Origin: Sedimentisphaerales bacterium | GTDB lineage: Bacteria > Planctomycetota > Phycisphaerae > Sedimentisphaerales > SM23-30 | DNA length: 64,000 bases | Reading direction: 5' to 3' | Assembly (NCBI GenBank): GCA_963667715.1 | Contig: OY763926.1 | Location: 909,249-973,248, forward strand | In this document: positions 38,649 through 47,305 of the stretch, in pieces | Position numbering within the stretch: position 1 is the first letter of the stretch | Layout: every line of letters starts with the position of its first letter | The notes under the pieces: model-generated | The model's input: the letters and a program-made list of their open reading frames with translations, nothing else | Database searches by the model: none | What the model was told of the DNA's origin: nothing | Made by a program: the position numbers and the translations under genes

Positions 38649-39983
38649 TTATCCCACGAACATTTTGTCCAGATCTTTATGGCTGGCAGTTCGGCTAATA
38701 AAGATAACTTCGTCCTGAAGTTCCAATATGGTGTCAGCTTGCGGCATTATGATCTCTTTGCCGCGTTGGATTGCCAGTACCAGGGTTTCGCCGGGCAGCG
38801 ATATTTCTCGCAGCGGCTTATTGGTTACTTTGCTGTTACATATTCTGATCTGCAGAATTTCTGCTTTACCATCATCGAAGATAGAAAGGCTTCTTACCGG
38901 GCTCTTATCCAGCAGGGTAAGTATTTCTTTGGCCATCTGAACTCGCGGACTAACGGCACGATGAATCCCCATTCTTTCGATAAGGTCACCGTAGTCTGGT
39001 CTGTGCATTACTACCAGCACCTGTGGTACTCCCAACTGTTTGGCCTGCATAACGCTCATAATATTTGTTTCGTCTGAATCTGTGGTGCTAACAAAGATAT
39101 CAGCACTCTCAACTCTTTCTTCTTTGAGGAAGGCGAGGTTGGTACCATCACCATGCAGGATCGTAGCATTTGGCAAAAGAGCGGCAAGTTGACGACAGCG
39201 TTCTTCGTCCTTTTCCATGATAGTAAGTTTGTAAAGACTGCTTCTAAGTCTTCGAACAAGAGAAAGAGTGGTATGTCCGCCACCGACGATAATAACTTTG
39301 ATAGATTTGGCTTTTTTAGATTCGAGCCCGCTGCGTGCAGCAACGATCTGTTCCGTTTTTCCTATTAGGGTTACATTATCGTGAGCAGAAATTGTGTCAT
39401 TAGCAGAAGGTATAGAAATTAATCCGCTGCGTCTAATACATGCGATCTTCACACCTTCGGGCAGCCCCAGGTCTTTTAAGGGCATATCAATATGCCTGGC
39501 ACCTTTACCGACTAACACACGCTGCATTTCAATTTTACCATGAGCGAGATGTTCAACCGCCAGAGCACCAGGGCTGCGGATAGCAGAGGCCAGTTCCAGA
39601 GCAGCCAAAGTTTCCGGGCTGACAAACTCATCAATACCGAAGTGGTCAGAGTATGAGAGGTTTGGGCTTTTTCTGTATATAACTTCGTCCACGCGAGCTA
39701 GTGATCTACCGGCGCCGAGCTTGCGTGCTAGTGAAGCACATACAATATTAACTTCATCGGAACCGCTAACAGCAAGGAATATATCGACATTACCCACAGA
39801 AAGCTGTTCGAGAGTAGCTGCTGATGCCGCTGAGCCAACAACTGCATGTACATCAAGAGCACTGTTAACCTTGCGGATACGCTCTTTGTCCGTATCAATA
39901 ATTGTGACATCATGGCCGGTTTTAGCAACTTCCTCTGCTATGTACCAGCCAATCTCTCCGGCACCTGCAATCATTACTCGCAT
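38649..39983 (-). CDS. trkA: Trk potassium uptake regulatory protein TrkA
   Basis: Two RCK N/C pairs (GAGEIG; VGGG); adjacent to trkH. Confidence 0.93.
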   Translation of the reverse strand: MRVMIAGAGEIGWYIAEEVAKTGHDVTIIDTDKERIRKVNSALDVHAVVGSAASAATLEQLSVGNVDIFLAVSGSDEVNIVCASLARKLGAGRSLARVDEVIYRKSPNLSYSDHFGIDEFVSPETLAALELASAIRSPGALAVEHLAHGKIEMQRVLVGKGARHIDMPLKDLGLPEGVKIACIRRSGLISIPSANDTISAHDNVTLIGKTEQIVAARSGLESKKAKSIKVIIVGGGHTTLSLVRRLRSSLYKLTIMEKDEERCRQLAALLPNATILHGDGTNLAFLKEERVESADIFVSTTDSDETNIMSVMQAKQLGVPQVLVVMHRPDYGDLIERMGIHRAVSPRVQMAKEILTLLDKSPVRSLSIFDDGKAEILQIRICNSKVTNKPLREISLPGETLVLAIQRGKEIIMPQADTILELQDEVIFISRTASHKDLDKMFVG

Positions 39984-40184
39984 TGAGCATAGCCCCTGTA
40001 ATAATTAGTATATTAAAGTTACAGCCAATCACATATAGACTGTATTTATAATCATGAGCGATTATTATACACGTATAACCACGCTGATAAAATAAAAAAT
40101 CATCAATCTGTATGTAAAGTTTGTTCTAGAATTAGGTTAACGATATTGTTATTGCTGTTGAAATAGTAGTATAATGCAATATTC

Positions 40185-40221
40185 AAAAAAAAAGACAGCT
40201 ACTTGGAAGTAAGCTGTCTTT
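40185..40221 (-). terminator. Intrinsic terminator after the PEP-CTERM gene
   Basis: A-tract-AAAGACAGCT...AGCTGTCTTT. Confidence 0.8.
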
Positions 40222-40243
40222 GTGGTAGATATATTGTAAATGA

Positions 40244-40903
40244 TTATTTTCTGCGTCTTAGAGCTGCTAAGCCGGCAGCAGCAAAGAGTGAAATGCTTGC
40301 AGGTTCTGGTACATAGCCAGGTGAACCGATAAGCGTGGCATTTTCACCATCATTGATTTCAAATTCAGCAGAAGCATAGCCGCCAAGAACGCCAATTTGG
40401 GCGAAAATAATGTTATTATTATCCCAGTTGCCGTCTGCATCTGAAACCATTGTGGTTAAAAATTCGTCAGGTAGGGCGGGGTATGTAACAGAAAGGAAAG
40501 ACGGGACATCTTCATCATTGGTAGTATAAAGGTATACACCTTCGCCACCCTGACTTAGTCCGGCACCATTTTTAGCGTAGCCTGCGCTAACTTCCCTTCC
40601 CCAAATGCTTTGGAATTCATCAAGTTCGTCAGTGCCAAAGACAAATACTACAGATTCGCCAGCGGATATAGAAGAGATACCTTTGAGCTTTTTGGCATCT
40701 AAAGAAGCATTTTCGCTGTCATCGTAGTAGATAGGGTTAGTTTCCAGATCCCAGGCAGTGTCACCGAAGTTGGTGATTTCGATCCAGTCGTCAGTCGCGT
40801 TGTTATCGCCTGAATTTCCCGGGAAGACTTCAGTTATTTTGAGACTTGCGTTAGCGTAGCTTGCAAATAGGCACAATAACAATAATGACAATAATTTGTT
40901 CAT
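40244..40903 (-). CDS. PEP-CTERM sorting-domain protein with lamin-tail-like domain
   Basis: Signal peptide; LKITEV...DWIEITN lamin-tail-like motif; GSPG; C-terminal VPEPASISLFAAAGLAALRRRK. Confidence 0.88.
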   Translation of the reverse strand: MNKLLSLLLLCLFASYANASLKITEVFPGNSGDNNATDDWIEITNFGDTAWDLETNPIYYDDSENASLDAKKLKGISSISAGESVVFVFGTDELDEFQSIWGREVSAGYAKNGAGLSQGGEGVYLYTTNDEDVPSFLSVTYPALPDEFLTTMVSDADGNWDNNNIIFAQIGVLGGYASAEFEINDGENATLIGSPGYVPEPASISLFAAAGLAALRRRK

Positions 40904-41161
40904 AGTATAAATCCTCTGCGGTTAGTGTTTGTTTTGTTCAGGGTGGTGTACATTGTAGTTTTTCATACACCAGAACCCTTATTTGCACTATGAGAATATT
41001 ATACCATAATTTGGGGCTTGAGATTAAGAAAAGTCGTTTTTTTTACGTAAATACTGACTTTTTTCGTTTATAAAAACGAATTTATATGTGTGTTTTGTTA
41101 AGCTGGTTAAGATTGTAGTGTTAGGTAAACTGCTATTGTTAGGGCTGTCTCTATAAGATGC

Positions 41162-41728
41162 TTAGTATTCAACACCTTTTCTAGCCTGAATACCTATATT
41201 GAAGGGGTGCTTTATCTCTTTCATTTCTGTGACAAGGTCGGCAAGTTCTATAATTTCGCTATCAGCTCCACGTCCAGTAAGAACCAGTTCGGTAGAGGAG
41301 GGGCGTAGGGCAATAATCTCTTTAATGGTTTCAAGGCTAACTAGTTTCATGCTGTAGCAAACAATGAGTTCGTCGAGAATGACCAGGTCATAGTTGTCTT
41401 CAGTGAGTATTTGTTTGGCGTTTATAATGGCGTTGGTAATGCCGGCAGCAGCATTTTCTCTTTGTTCTGTATCGTGGCTTTTTGACATATTCCAATCGTA
41501 ATCAGCTCTAACCATGGTTAGTTTACCGGGCAGGTTTTCGGCAAGTGTTTGTGCCATAGCAGCTTCGCCGGTCTCGATATCGGCTGGTTTTAGGAACTGG
41601 CAAATATATACATTTGCACCATATCCAAGCATTCGCCATGCCAGTCCGAATGATGCGGTGGTCTTTCCTTTGCCACAGCCGGTATATATTTGTACCTGCC
41701 CTTTGCTGATTTTGAAATCTGTCTTCAT
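41162..41728 (-). CDS. cobO: Cob(I)alamin adenosyltransferase CobO/BtuR
   Basis: YTGCGKGKTTA, QFLK, LVILDE, ELVLTGR, ADLVTEM, KHPF..GIQARKGVEY. Confidence 0.92.
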   Translation of the reverse strand: MKTDFKISKGQVQIYTGCGKGKTTASFGLAWRMLGYGANVYICQFLKPADIETGEAAMAQTLAENLPGKLTMVRADYDWNMSKSHDTEQRENAAAGITNAIINAKQILTEDNYDLVILDELIVCYSMKLVSLETIKEIIALRPSSTELVLTGRGADSEIIELADLVTEMKEIKHPFNIGIQARKGVEY

Positions 41729-42080
41729 ATTCTTTCTCTTTCTGTAATTTCTATAGGTGAAAGATTTTAACCGAAACATCTGTTTTCTTCAAGTTGAGTC
41801 TACAGGTAATTATAGGACCAGATTTTGCAACTGTTTGTAACGATTGTAATCTCTGGCGGTTTTGGGTGATTTTTAAGATATGTTGATTTAAATAAAAACC
41901 TTGTAAAAAGTTGCAAAAAGGCAGTTGTGAATTTTATGGTTTGTTAGAGGTTAATGTGATTAAGCATTAAAAGAGATTATTTCAAAATTGTTCCAGCTAA
42001 AGGAATTAGCTGGTTAAACTATGATTCAGGATCGGCCCGGAGAGGCCTTACTGGCAGAAGAGTGTTTTATCGGAGTTGTA

Positions 42081-42884
42081 ATGGTTAAGAAAGCTGTAAA
42101 CAGGGGGGGCTTTACACTAGTAGAATTAATAGTCACTTTGGGTATATTAGCATTGATAGCTAGTATCATAACCCCGGCACTTTCGATGGCGCGTGATGGT
42201 GCAAATAATGTAATATGCAAATCAAGGTTGAATACCCTGGAGAAAGCTTATTCTCAATATCTTTCCGAGCACAATGAGCGATTCCAAAAAGGCGACACGG
42301 TTTCGTCAACAAGCTGTAATGATGTATGGATGATGGCGATATCACCGTATCTGAGTGATAAAAAGGCGATGTTCTGCCCAGAATCTTCTGGCACTGTGGA
42401 AGAAGGCGGAGTATACCCGACGATGGCGTGGAAGCTTAATAGTGACAAATATTATGATCCTGTTCGCAAAGCCGGGATGGATAAGGGCAGCTATTGTTTG
42501 AACTGGTGGGTTAATGATGCTGATTCTGCTGGCTATTGTTCCAGTTACTATTGGCGTAATAATCAGGCGGCTGGTGCGGATATGATACCAATACTGGCTG
42601 ACGGCGGGGATTATACGGCTAGTGTTTATAATGATGGCAAGGACTATATGCCTTCAATTGACCCTATCGATAGTGAAATGTCGGTTCGTTCCTTTAACTG
42701 TCATACCAATATCAATCGCTATCTGCTGAAAAGGCATGGTGATGAAACAAATGTGATGTTTATGGATGGTTCAGTAAGATCTATAAGGTTGGTCGATCTG
42801 TGGAGCTTGAACTGGCATAAAGGATATAAGCCGGTTTCCGCTGACAGGGTTACCTGGCAATGGCCTCAGTGGTTGGTTGAGTGA
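42081..42884 (+). CDS. Prepilin-type N-terminal cleavage protein with H-X9-DG motif (DUF1559-like)
   Basis: G|FTLVELIVTLGILALIASII; FCP; RHGDETNVMFMDGSV; ATG at 42081 after GGAG. Confidence 0.88.
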   Translation: MVKKAVNRGGFTLVELIVTLGILALIASIITPALSMARDGANNVICKSRLNTLEKAYSQYLSEHNERFQKGDTVSSTSCNDVWMMAISPYLSDKKAMFCPESSGTVEEGGVYPTMAWKLNSDKYYDPVRKAGMDKGSYCLNWWVNDADSAGYCSSYYWRNNQAAGADMIPILADGGDYTASVYNDGKDYMPSIDPIDSEMSVRSFNCHTNINRYLLKRHGDETNVMFMDGSVRSIRLVDLWSLNWHKGYKPVSADRVTWQWPQWLVE

Positions 42885-42924
42885 TCGGTATAAGTCGGCG
42901 ATAAAACTATTTTTTTGATATTCT

Positions 42925-42966
42925 AAATGGATTTAAGGTGACGTTTTCACTTTAAATCCATTTTTT
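42925..42966 (+). terminator. Intrinsic terminator
   Basis: AAATGGATTTAAGGTGA...TCACTTTAAATCCATTTTTT. Confidence 0.8.
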
Positions 42967-43253
42967 ATTAGTTGTTTCGGTCAGTACTTTATCAATAAAA
43001 GATGATTTGGAGCTATCTTCTTTGCTGTAAATGTCTTACACCGTTTTTTTACGTGTAATAAAGGGGGAGTAGCAGGAGTAATACGGGGCAATTGCAGGTG
43101 TTGGCTAGTTTTGTTGTTTTTTTCTGGAAAATGACGGCAAAATAAGAGAAAATACTAGGCTGTTTATAGTTGTATGATGGCAAATTGTGCGTTTGCATTG
43201 ATCTAACCTGTTTAACAACAGGTTTTTATATATAGCATAGAAGGAATAGTTTG

Positions 43254-44111
43254 ATGAGTTTGAAGATTTGGCTAGATGACAAGCTGGTTGATCAGGAAAA
43301 AGCTGTTGTTTCGGTTTTTGACCATGGTCTGCTTTATGGTGACGGCGTTTTTGAAGGCACCCGAGTTTACAATGGTAAGGTGTTTGAGCTGGATGCGCAT
43401 GTTGATCGTCTTTTTGTCTCTGCCGATGCTATTCGTTTGAAGATTGCACAGACGAAGGAAGAGGTTAAAGCTCGTACCATTGAAACTGTTAAGGCTAATA
43501 ATATAACTGACGGCTATATTCGTACAATTGTTACTCGTGGCGTAGGTACTCTTGGTCTCAACCCGCTAACATGTCATAAGCCGGTTCTGATCATTATTGC
43601 ATCTAATATTCAGTTATATCCGCAGGAGCTGTATGAAAATGGCCTGAAGGTTATCAGTGCCAATACGGTGAGGAATCATCCGCTTAGTATTCCGCCGCAG
43701 ATAAAGAGCTTGAATTACCTGAATAATATCTTCGCTAAGCTGGAAGCTCTTGATAATGGTGTTTTCGAAGCTGTGATGTATAATCATATGGGTTATGTGG
43801 CCGAAGCAACTGGTGACAATATTTTCATCGTTAAAGACGGCGTAATATATACACCTCCTGTATCTTCTGGTTCGCTTGATGGTATTACTCGCAGAGTGGT
43901 AATGAAACTGGCCCAGGAAAATGGATATCAGGTAGTAGAAAGAGATATGGTTAAGTTTGACTTGTATACTGCTGATGAGTTCTTCCTTTCTGGTACTGCA
44001 GCAGAAGTAATACCGGTAGTTGAGATCGATGGCAGAGTAATAAAAAATGGCAAGCCTGGGTCTGTAACCAGAGAGCTGATGGAAGTGTTTGATAAGTATG
44101 TCCGCAGTTAA
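43254..44111 (+). CDS. ilvE: Branched-chain amino acid aminotransferase
   Basis: DHGLLYGDGVFEG, IKSLNYLNN, EATGDNIF, LDGITR, GTAAEVIPV. Confidence 0.95.
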   Translation: MSLKIWLDDKLVDQEKAVVSVFDHGLLYGDGVFEGTRVYNGKVFELDAHVDRLFVSADAIRLKIAQTKEEVKARTIETVKANNITDGYIRTIVTRGVGTLGLNPLTCHKPVLIIIASNIQLYPQELYENGLKVISANTVRNHPLSIPPQIKSLNYLNNIFAKLEALDNGVFEAVMYNHMGYVAEATGDNIFIVKDGVIYTPPVSSGSLDGITRRVVMKLAQENGYQVVERDMVKFDLYTADEFFLSGTAAEVIPVVEIDGRVIKNGKPGSVTRELMEVFDKYVRS

Positions 44112-44143
44112 GGGTTTTGAGCTAGGGTTATGTTGATTATAAT

Positions 44144-44179
44144 AACGGGTGAGCTGTCTTAGGCTTACCCGTTTCTTTT
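44144..44179 (+). terminator. Intrinsic terminator after ilvE
   Basis: AACGGGTGAGC...GCTTACCCGTT followed by TCTTTT. Confidence 0.7.
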
Positions 44180-44195
44180 ATGTGGTGGTTTTTAT

Positions 44196-45158
44196 ATGGG
44201 TGGGATCTTAAAAGGCTATTTACAAGAGCATCTGGAAGTTGTCAGGGGCAGGTTGGAGCAGTTTTGCAGTTGTGAGCTGACAGAAGCTGATGAACTGACC
44301 AGGCTGGCGACATCAAGGGAAGGTAAGCTTATCAGGCCGTCGCTGGTGATTTTGAGTGGATTGTGTCTGGAAGGTCTCAACGATGATCATTATACAATAG
44401 CTGCTGTAATAGAGATGTTTCATATCGCCTCTTTGCTGCATGATGATGTTCTCGACAAGGCGGATACCCGTCGCCATGAGCCATCGGTTAATTATCTCTT
44501 TGGTAATAAGGCGGCTGTATTGTTAGGCGATCTATTAGTGGCTTGTGCGGTTAAGGCTGCGGCTACGGTAGAAAGGCCTGGCGAACCAGAAGGTATTGTA
44601 GATATCGTAAGTAGTACCTGTGAGGGTGAGCTGGTACAGCAGCGAAATTGCGGCAATTTTGATTTGAGTGAGCAGAAGTATTTTGAAATTATAAGCCGCA
44701 AAACCGGGGCGCTGCTGGCGGGTAGTATTGTTCATGGTGTACGGCTGGCGGGAGCAGATGAAGCTATCTGTGTAAAAGCCAGAGAAGTTGGAATAGATTT
44801 TGGTTTAGCGTTTCAGATAATGGATGATGTTCGCGATATAATCAGTCCGGTAGATGAATCAGGAAAAACCGGAGGTACTGATTTTCTGCAAGGTAAGCTT
44901 ACTTTGCCACTAATCCATCATATTTCATGTGTTGGTGGAGAGGCGGTCGAGTTTATCAGCAGTAATGCATCTGTCAGCTATAGTAAAGATGTTCAACAGG
45001 AACTGGTAAAAAGATTAAACTCGACTGGTAGTCTGGAATATGCCTGTGAGCAGGCAGTTTCTTATATGCAATCTGTTCGGCAATTTGTAGATAGATTACC
45101 AGGTAAAAAAGCGGTTCAGGCATTTACAGAGCTAGCCGATATGGTGCTTGCCAGATAG
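44196..45158 (+). CDS. Long-chain polyprenyl diphosphate synthase (IspB/HepT-like)
   Basis: GKLIRP, FARM LLHDDVLD..DTRR, KT, SARM FQIMDDVRD; Ala five residues before the FARM is consistent with a long-chain product. Confidence 0.9.
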   Translation: MGGILKGYLQEHLEVVRGRLEQFCSCELTEADELTRLATSREGKLIRPSLVILSGLCLEGLNDDHYTIAAVIEMFHIASLLHDDVLDKADTRRHEPSVNYLFGNKAAVLLGDLLVACAVKAAATVERPGEPEGIVDIVSSTCEGELVQQRNCGNFDLSEQKYFEIISRKTGALLAGSIVHGVRLAGADEAICVKAREVGIDFGLAFQIMDDVRDIISPVDESGKTGGTDFLQGKLTLPLIHHISCVGGEAVEFISSNASVSYSKDVQQELVKRLNSTGSLEYACEQAVSYMQSVRQFVDRLPGKKAVQAFTELADMVLAR

Positions 45159-45410
45159 ATTGACTGTTATATGTAGAGTGAAACAATAATGAATATTATG
45201 AGAGCATGTGAGAATTGGTCTGGTTTCTTTTGTATTTTACATAACTTTTGTTAAATGGCAGGAAAATAATATTTATGATGGTTTCTCCTGTTATTTAGCT
45301 GATTATTTGGGATTGGGTGAATGTTTAAAATATGTGTAAATGTGCGTGGGAGCAAGCCAAAAAGCTAATGTCCAATAATAACATTTGTGGGGATCAAAAA
45401 AGGGGAGAAA

Positions 45411-45494
45411 TGCGGATGAGAGGATTCGAACCTCCACGAGCTAATGCCCACTAGCACCTGAAGCTAGCGCGTCTGCCAGTTCCGCCACATCCGC
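45411..45494 (-). tRNA. tRNA-Leu(CAG)
   Basis: Minus strand reads GCGGATGTGGCGGAACTGGCAGACGCGCTAGCTTCAGGTGCTAGTGGGCATTAGCTCGTGGAGGTTCGAATCCTCTCATCCGCA. Anticodon arm CTAGC-TTCAGGT-GCTAG, long variable arm, T-arm GTTCGAATC. CCA is not encoded. Confidence 0.96.
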
Positions 45495-45507
45495 AGCGAG
45501 ATTCATA

Positions 45508-45536
45508 ATATTATCCAGCAAAGGCTTATCTGTCAA
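45508..45536 (-). promoter_or_regulatory. Sigma70-type promoter of tRNA-Leu
   Basis: TTGACA (45536-45531), 17-bp spacer, TAATAT (45513-45508). Confidence 0.7.
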
Positions 45537-45732
45537 GATTTGTTTTATGTTTTTTTAGGTTGGATTAAAATATATGTAAAAATGTATATTTTAGTTAAGC
45601 TGTGTTTGCAATTGACGATAATAGTGATAATATAGGTAATATGTGAGGAAGGAACCGATCGTATTGATCATTCTGAATTAGAGGATTGGATTGGCCAGGT
45701 AATCATATATAACAAAGCGATTACTTTGAGCC

Positions 45733-46647
45733 ATGTTCGGAAGGATTTGGAAAATGGCAGGTTATGTAGAAAATATAGAGACTTCATGTGGATCGCCAAG
45801 GCTGCCGTCATTGCCGGGGCGTTTGGCAATAGTTGAAAAGATCATGTCAGACTCGATCTGCGATGAGGTTGTAAAGAAATATCGCCCTCGGGCCCAGTTT
45901 ACATTCTTTTGCGGTGAAGAGCCTGAGAGCCTGGCTGGAAGAGAAGGGCAGCTGGAGCTGGTAGGACGCTGTCTGGAATGGTTTGTATTTGACTATGTTA
46001 TTCCAGATCTATGTCAGACTCCTGCTCAATACTGGTTCAGCAGAAACAGTATGCGTCTGAGCAAAGAGGCTCGCCATGATGCGGCAGATTGTCTTAACTA
46101 TCAGACCAGTGTTTTCGAGATAGTAGAGGTTCATCCGATCTCAGGTTTTGTAGCTATTGATCTATTAAGAAACGGTAAGACTTACTTTGTTGATGAGCAT
46201 GTTATTAATGATCAGATCGAGCCAGGGCAGATGCTGCTGGGTCGTCTATTCCCACATCATGATAACTATTCATTGTCTGGTATGGCTACGATAATGGACA
46301 ATAGTGCCTGTCGTCAGGTTAGGCATATGATCAAATCTGGCAGGCTGAAAACTGATACCCTGCTTGAGGATCTTGACGGGCTGGAGCTGGAAAACCTTTA
46401 CGGTCGCAGCTTAATGAGGATTGATAAGTTATCAACCGATTCGCTTGCAGATAGGGTTTGTAATTATTTGGATATAACCGGCTCGGAGATGGATATTGAA
46501 GGATTGAAAGATTTTGTTTGCGAAGCTGATGACCCGGTTGTGGCAGCGGTGAATTTCTGTCGGGAAACCAAGATAGAATGTCGTCATGAGATAGAGCTTA
46601 TGATCGCTTATATAATGAACTTCTGGTTCAAGGCTCAGAGCTTCTAA
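45733..46647 (+). CDS. Hypothetical protein resembling the core of SEC-C-associated proteins
   Basis: 304-aa ORF; WFVFDY...TPAQYW, SVFEIVEV, IDLLRNGKTYFV, GQMLLGRL pattern; no SEC-C zinc motif. Confidence 0.7.
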   Translation: MFGRIWKMAGYVENIETSCGSPRLPSLPGRLAIVEKIMSDSICDEVVKKYRPRAQFTFFCGEEPESLAGREGQLELVGRCLEWFVFDYVIPDLCQTPAQYWFSRNSMRLSKEARHDAADCLNYQTSVFEIVEVHPISGFVAIDLLRNGKTYFVDEHVINDQIEPGQMLLGRLFPHHDNYSLSGMATIMDNSACRQVRHMIKSGRLKTDTLLEDLDGLELENLYGRSLMRIDKLSTDSLADRVCNYLDITGSEMDIEGLKDFVCEADDPVVAAVNFCRETKIECRHEIELMIAYIMNFWFKAQSF

Positions 46648-46672
46648 GACGGCTAAATGAAATAGAAAAATT

Positions 46673-46709
46673 AAAAAAGGTTCCATCTGTTACAGTGGAA
46701 CCTTTTTTT
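46673..46709. terminator. Bidirectional intrinsic terminator
   Basis: AAAAAAGGTTCCA...TGGAACCTTTTTTT between convergent genes. Confidence 0.88.
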
Positions 46710-46723
46710 ATTACTTACGATTA

Positions 46724-47185
46724 TTAGACAGTTGGGTCATTGCCGTATAGGTATAGATTATTCGCCATCTGGTAGTCGATGATCTCTTCTGGTTTGAAGA
46801 AGATAGCGATCTCTCTTGCAGCAGATTCGAGGCTGTCTGAGCCGTGAACGAGGTTGAATCCACCATTGGACAAGTCACCTCTTATTGTACCTGGCTGAGC
46901 TTTGTCGCCAAAGGTTGATCCCATAACAGCTCTGACAATATTAACCGCCTTAGGACCTTGTATTACCAGAACCACAGAAGGGCCGTCAGTCATATATTCT
47001 CTAATTCTTGGGTAAAAAGGTTTTTCTACGTGTTCGGCGTAGTGTTGAGCAGATATTTCATTAGTTATCTGCATAAGCTTGCAGCCAACAACCTGCATAC
47101 CCTTATTTTCAAAACGTGAAATAATTGTACCGATAAGCCCTCTTTGTATTGCGTCGGGCTTGACTATTACTAATGTGCGTTCCAT
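46724..47185 (-). CDS. ndk: Nucleoside diphosphate kinase
   Basis: ERTLVIVKPDA, HYAEH..KPF, PGTIRGD, NLVHGSDS. Confidence 0.97.
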   Translation of the reverse strand: MERTLVIVKPDAIQRGLIGTIISRFENKGMQVVGCKLMQITNEISAQHYAEHVEKPFYPRIREYMTDGPSVVLVIQGPKAVNIVRAVMGSTFGDKAQPGTIRGDLSNGGFNLVHGSDSLESAAREIAIFFKPEEIIDYQMANNLYLYGNDPTV

Positions 47186-47225
47186 AGCAGCTTCTCCTGT
47201 AAGGTGCTTGTATTACTATATGAAT

Positions 47226-47263
47226 AAAAAACGGCAAGGCCGAAATGCCCTTCAACCTTGCCG
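47226..47263 (-). terminator. Intrinsic terminator after pckG
   Basis: AAAAAA-CGGCAAGG...CCTTGCCG. Confidence 0.7.
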
Positions 47264-47305
47264 ATTATTTAACGCTCATAATATAAGCCACGATAGGGCT
47301 GTTGT

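Noticed and set aside
41090-41130. Pho-box upstream of the PEP-CTERM gene
   Set aside because: GTTAA/GTTAG cores are spaced 9 and 14 bp apart, not 11.
42020-42075. Riboswitch upstream of the H-X9-DG gene (GGCC-CGGAGA-GGCC)
   Set aside because: Only a 4-bp stem, and no further conserved aptamer elements recognised.
45159-45410. Integration site or genomic island at the tRNA-Leu 3' end
   Set aside because: No integrase and no duplicated tRNA 3' fragment seen; the flanking genes are housekeeping.
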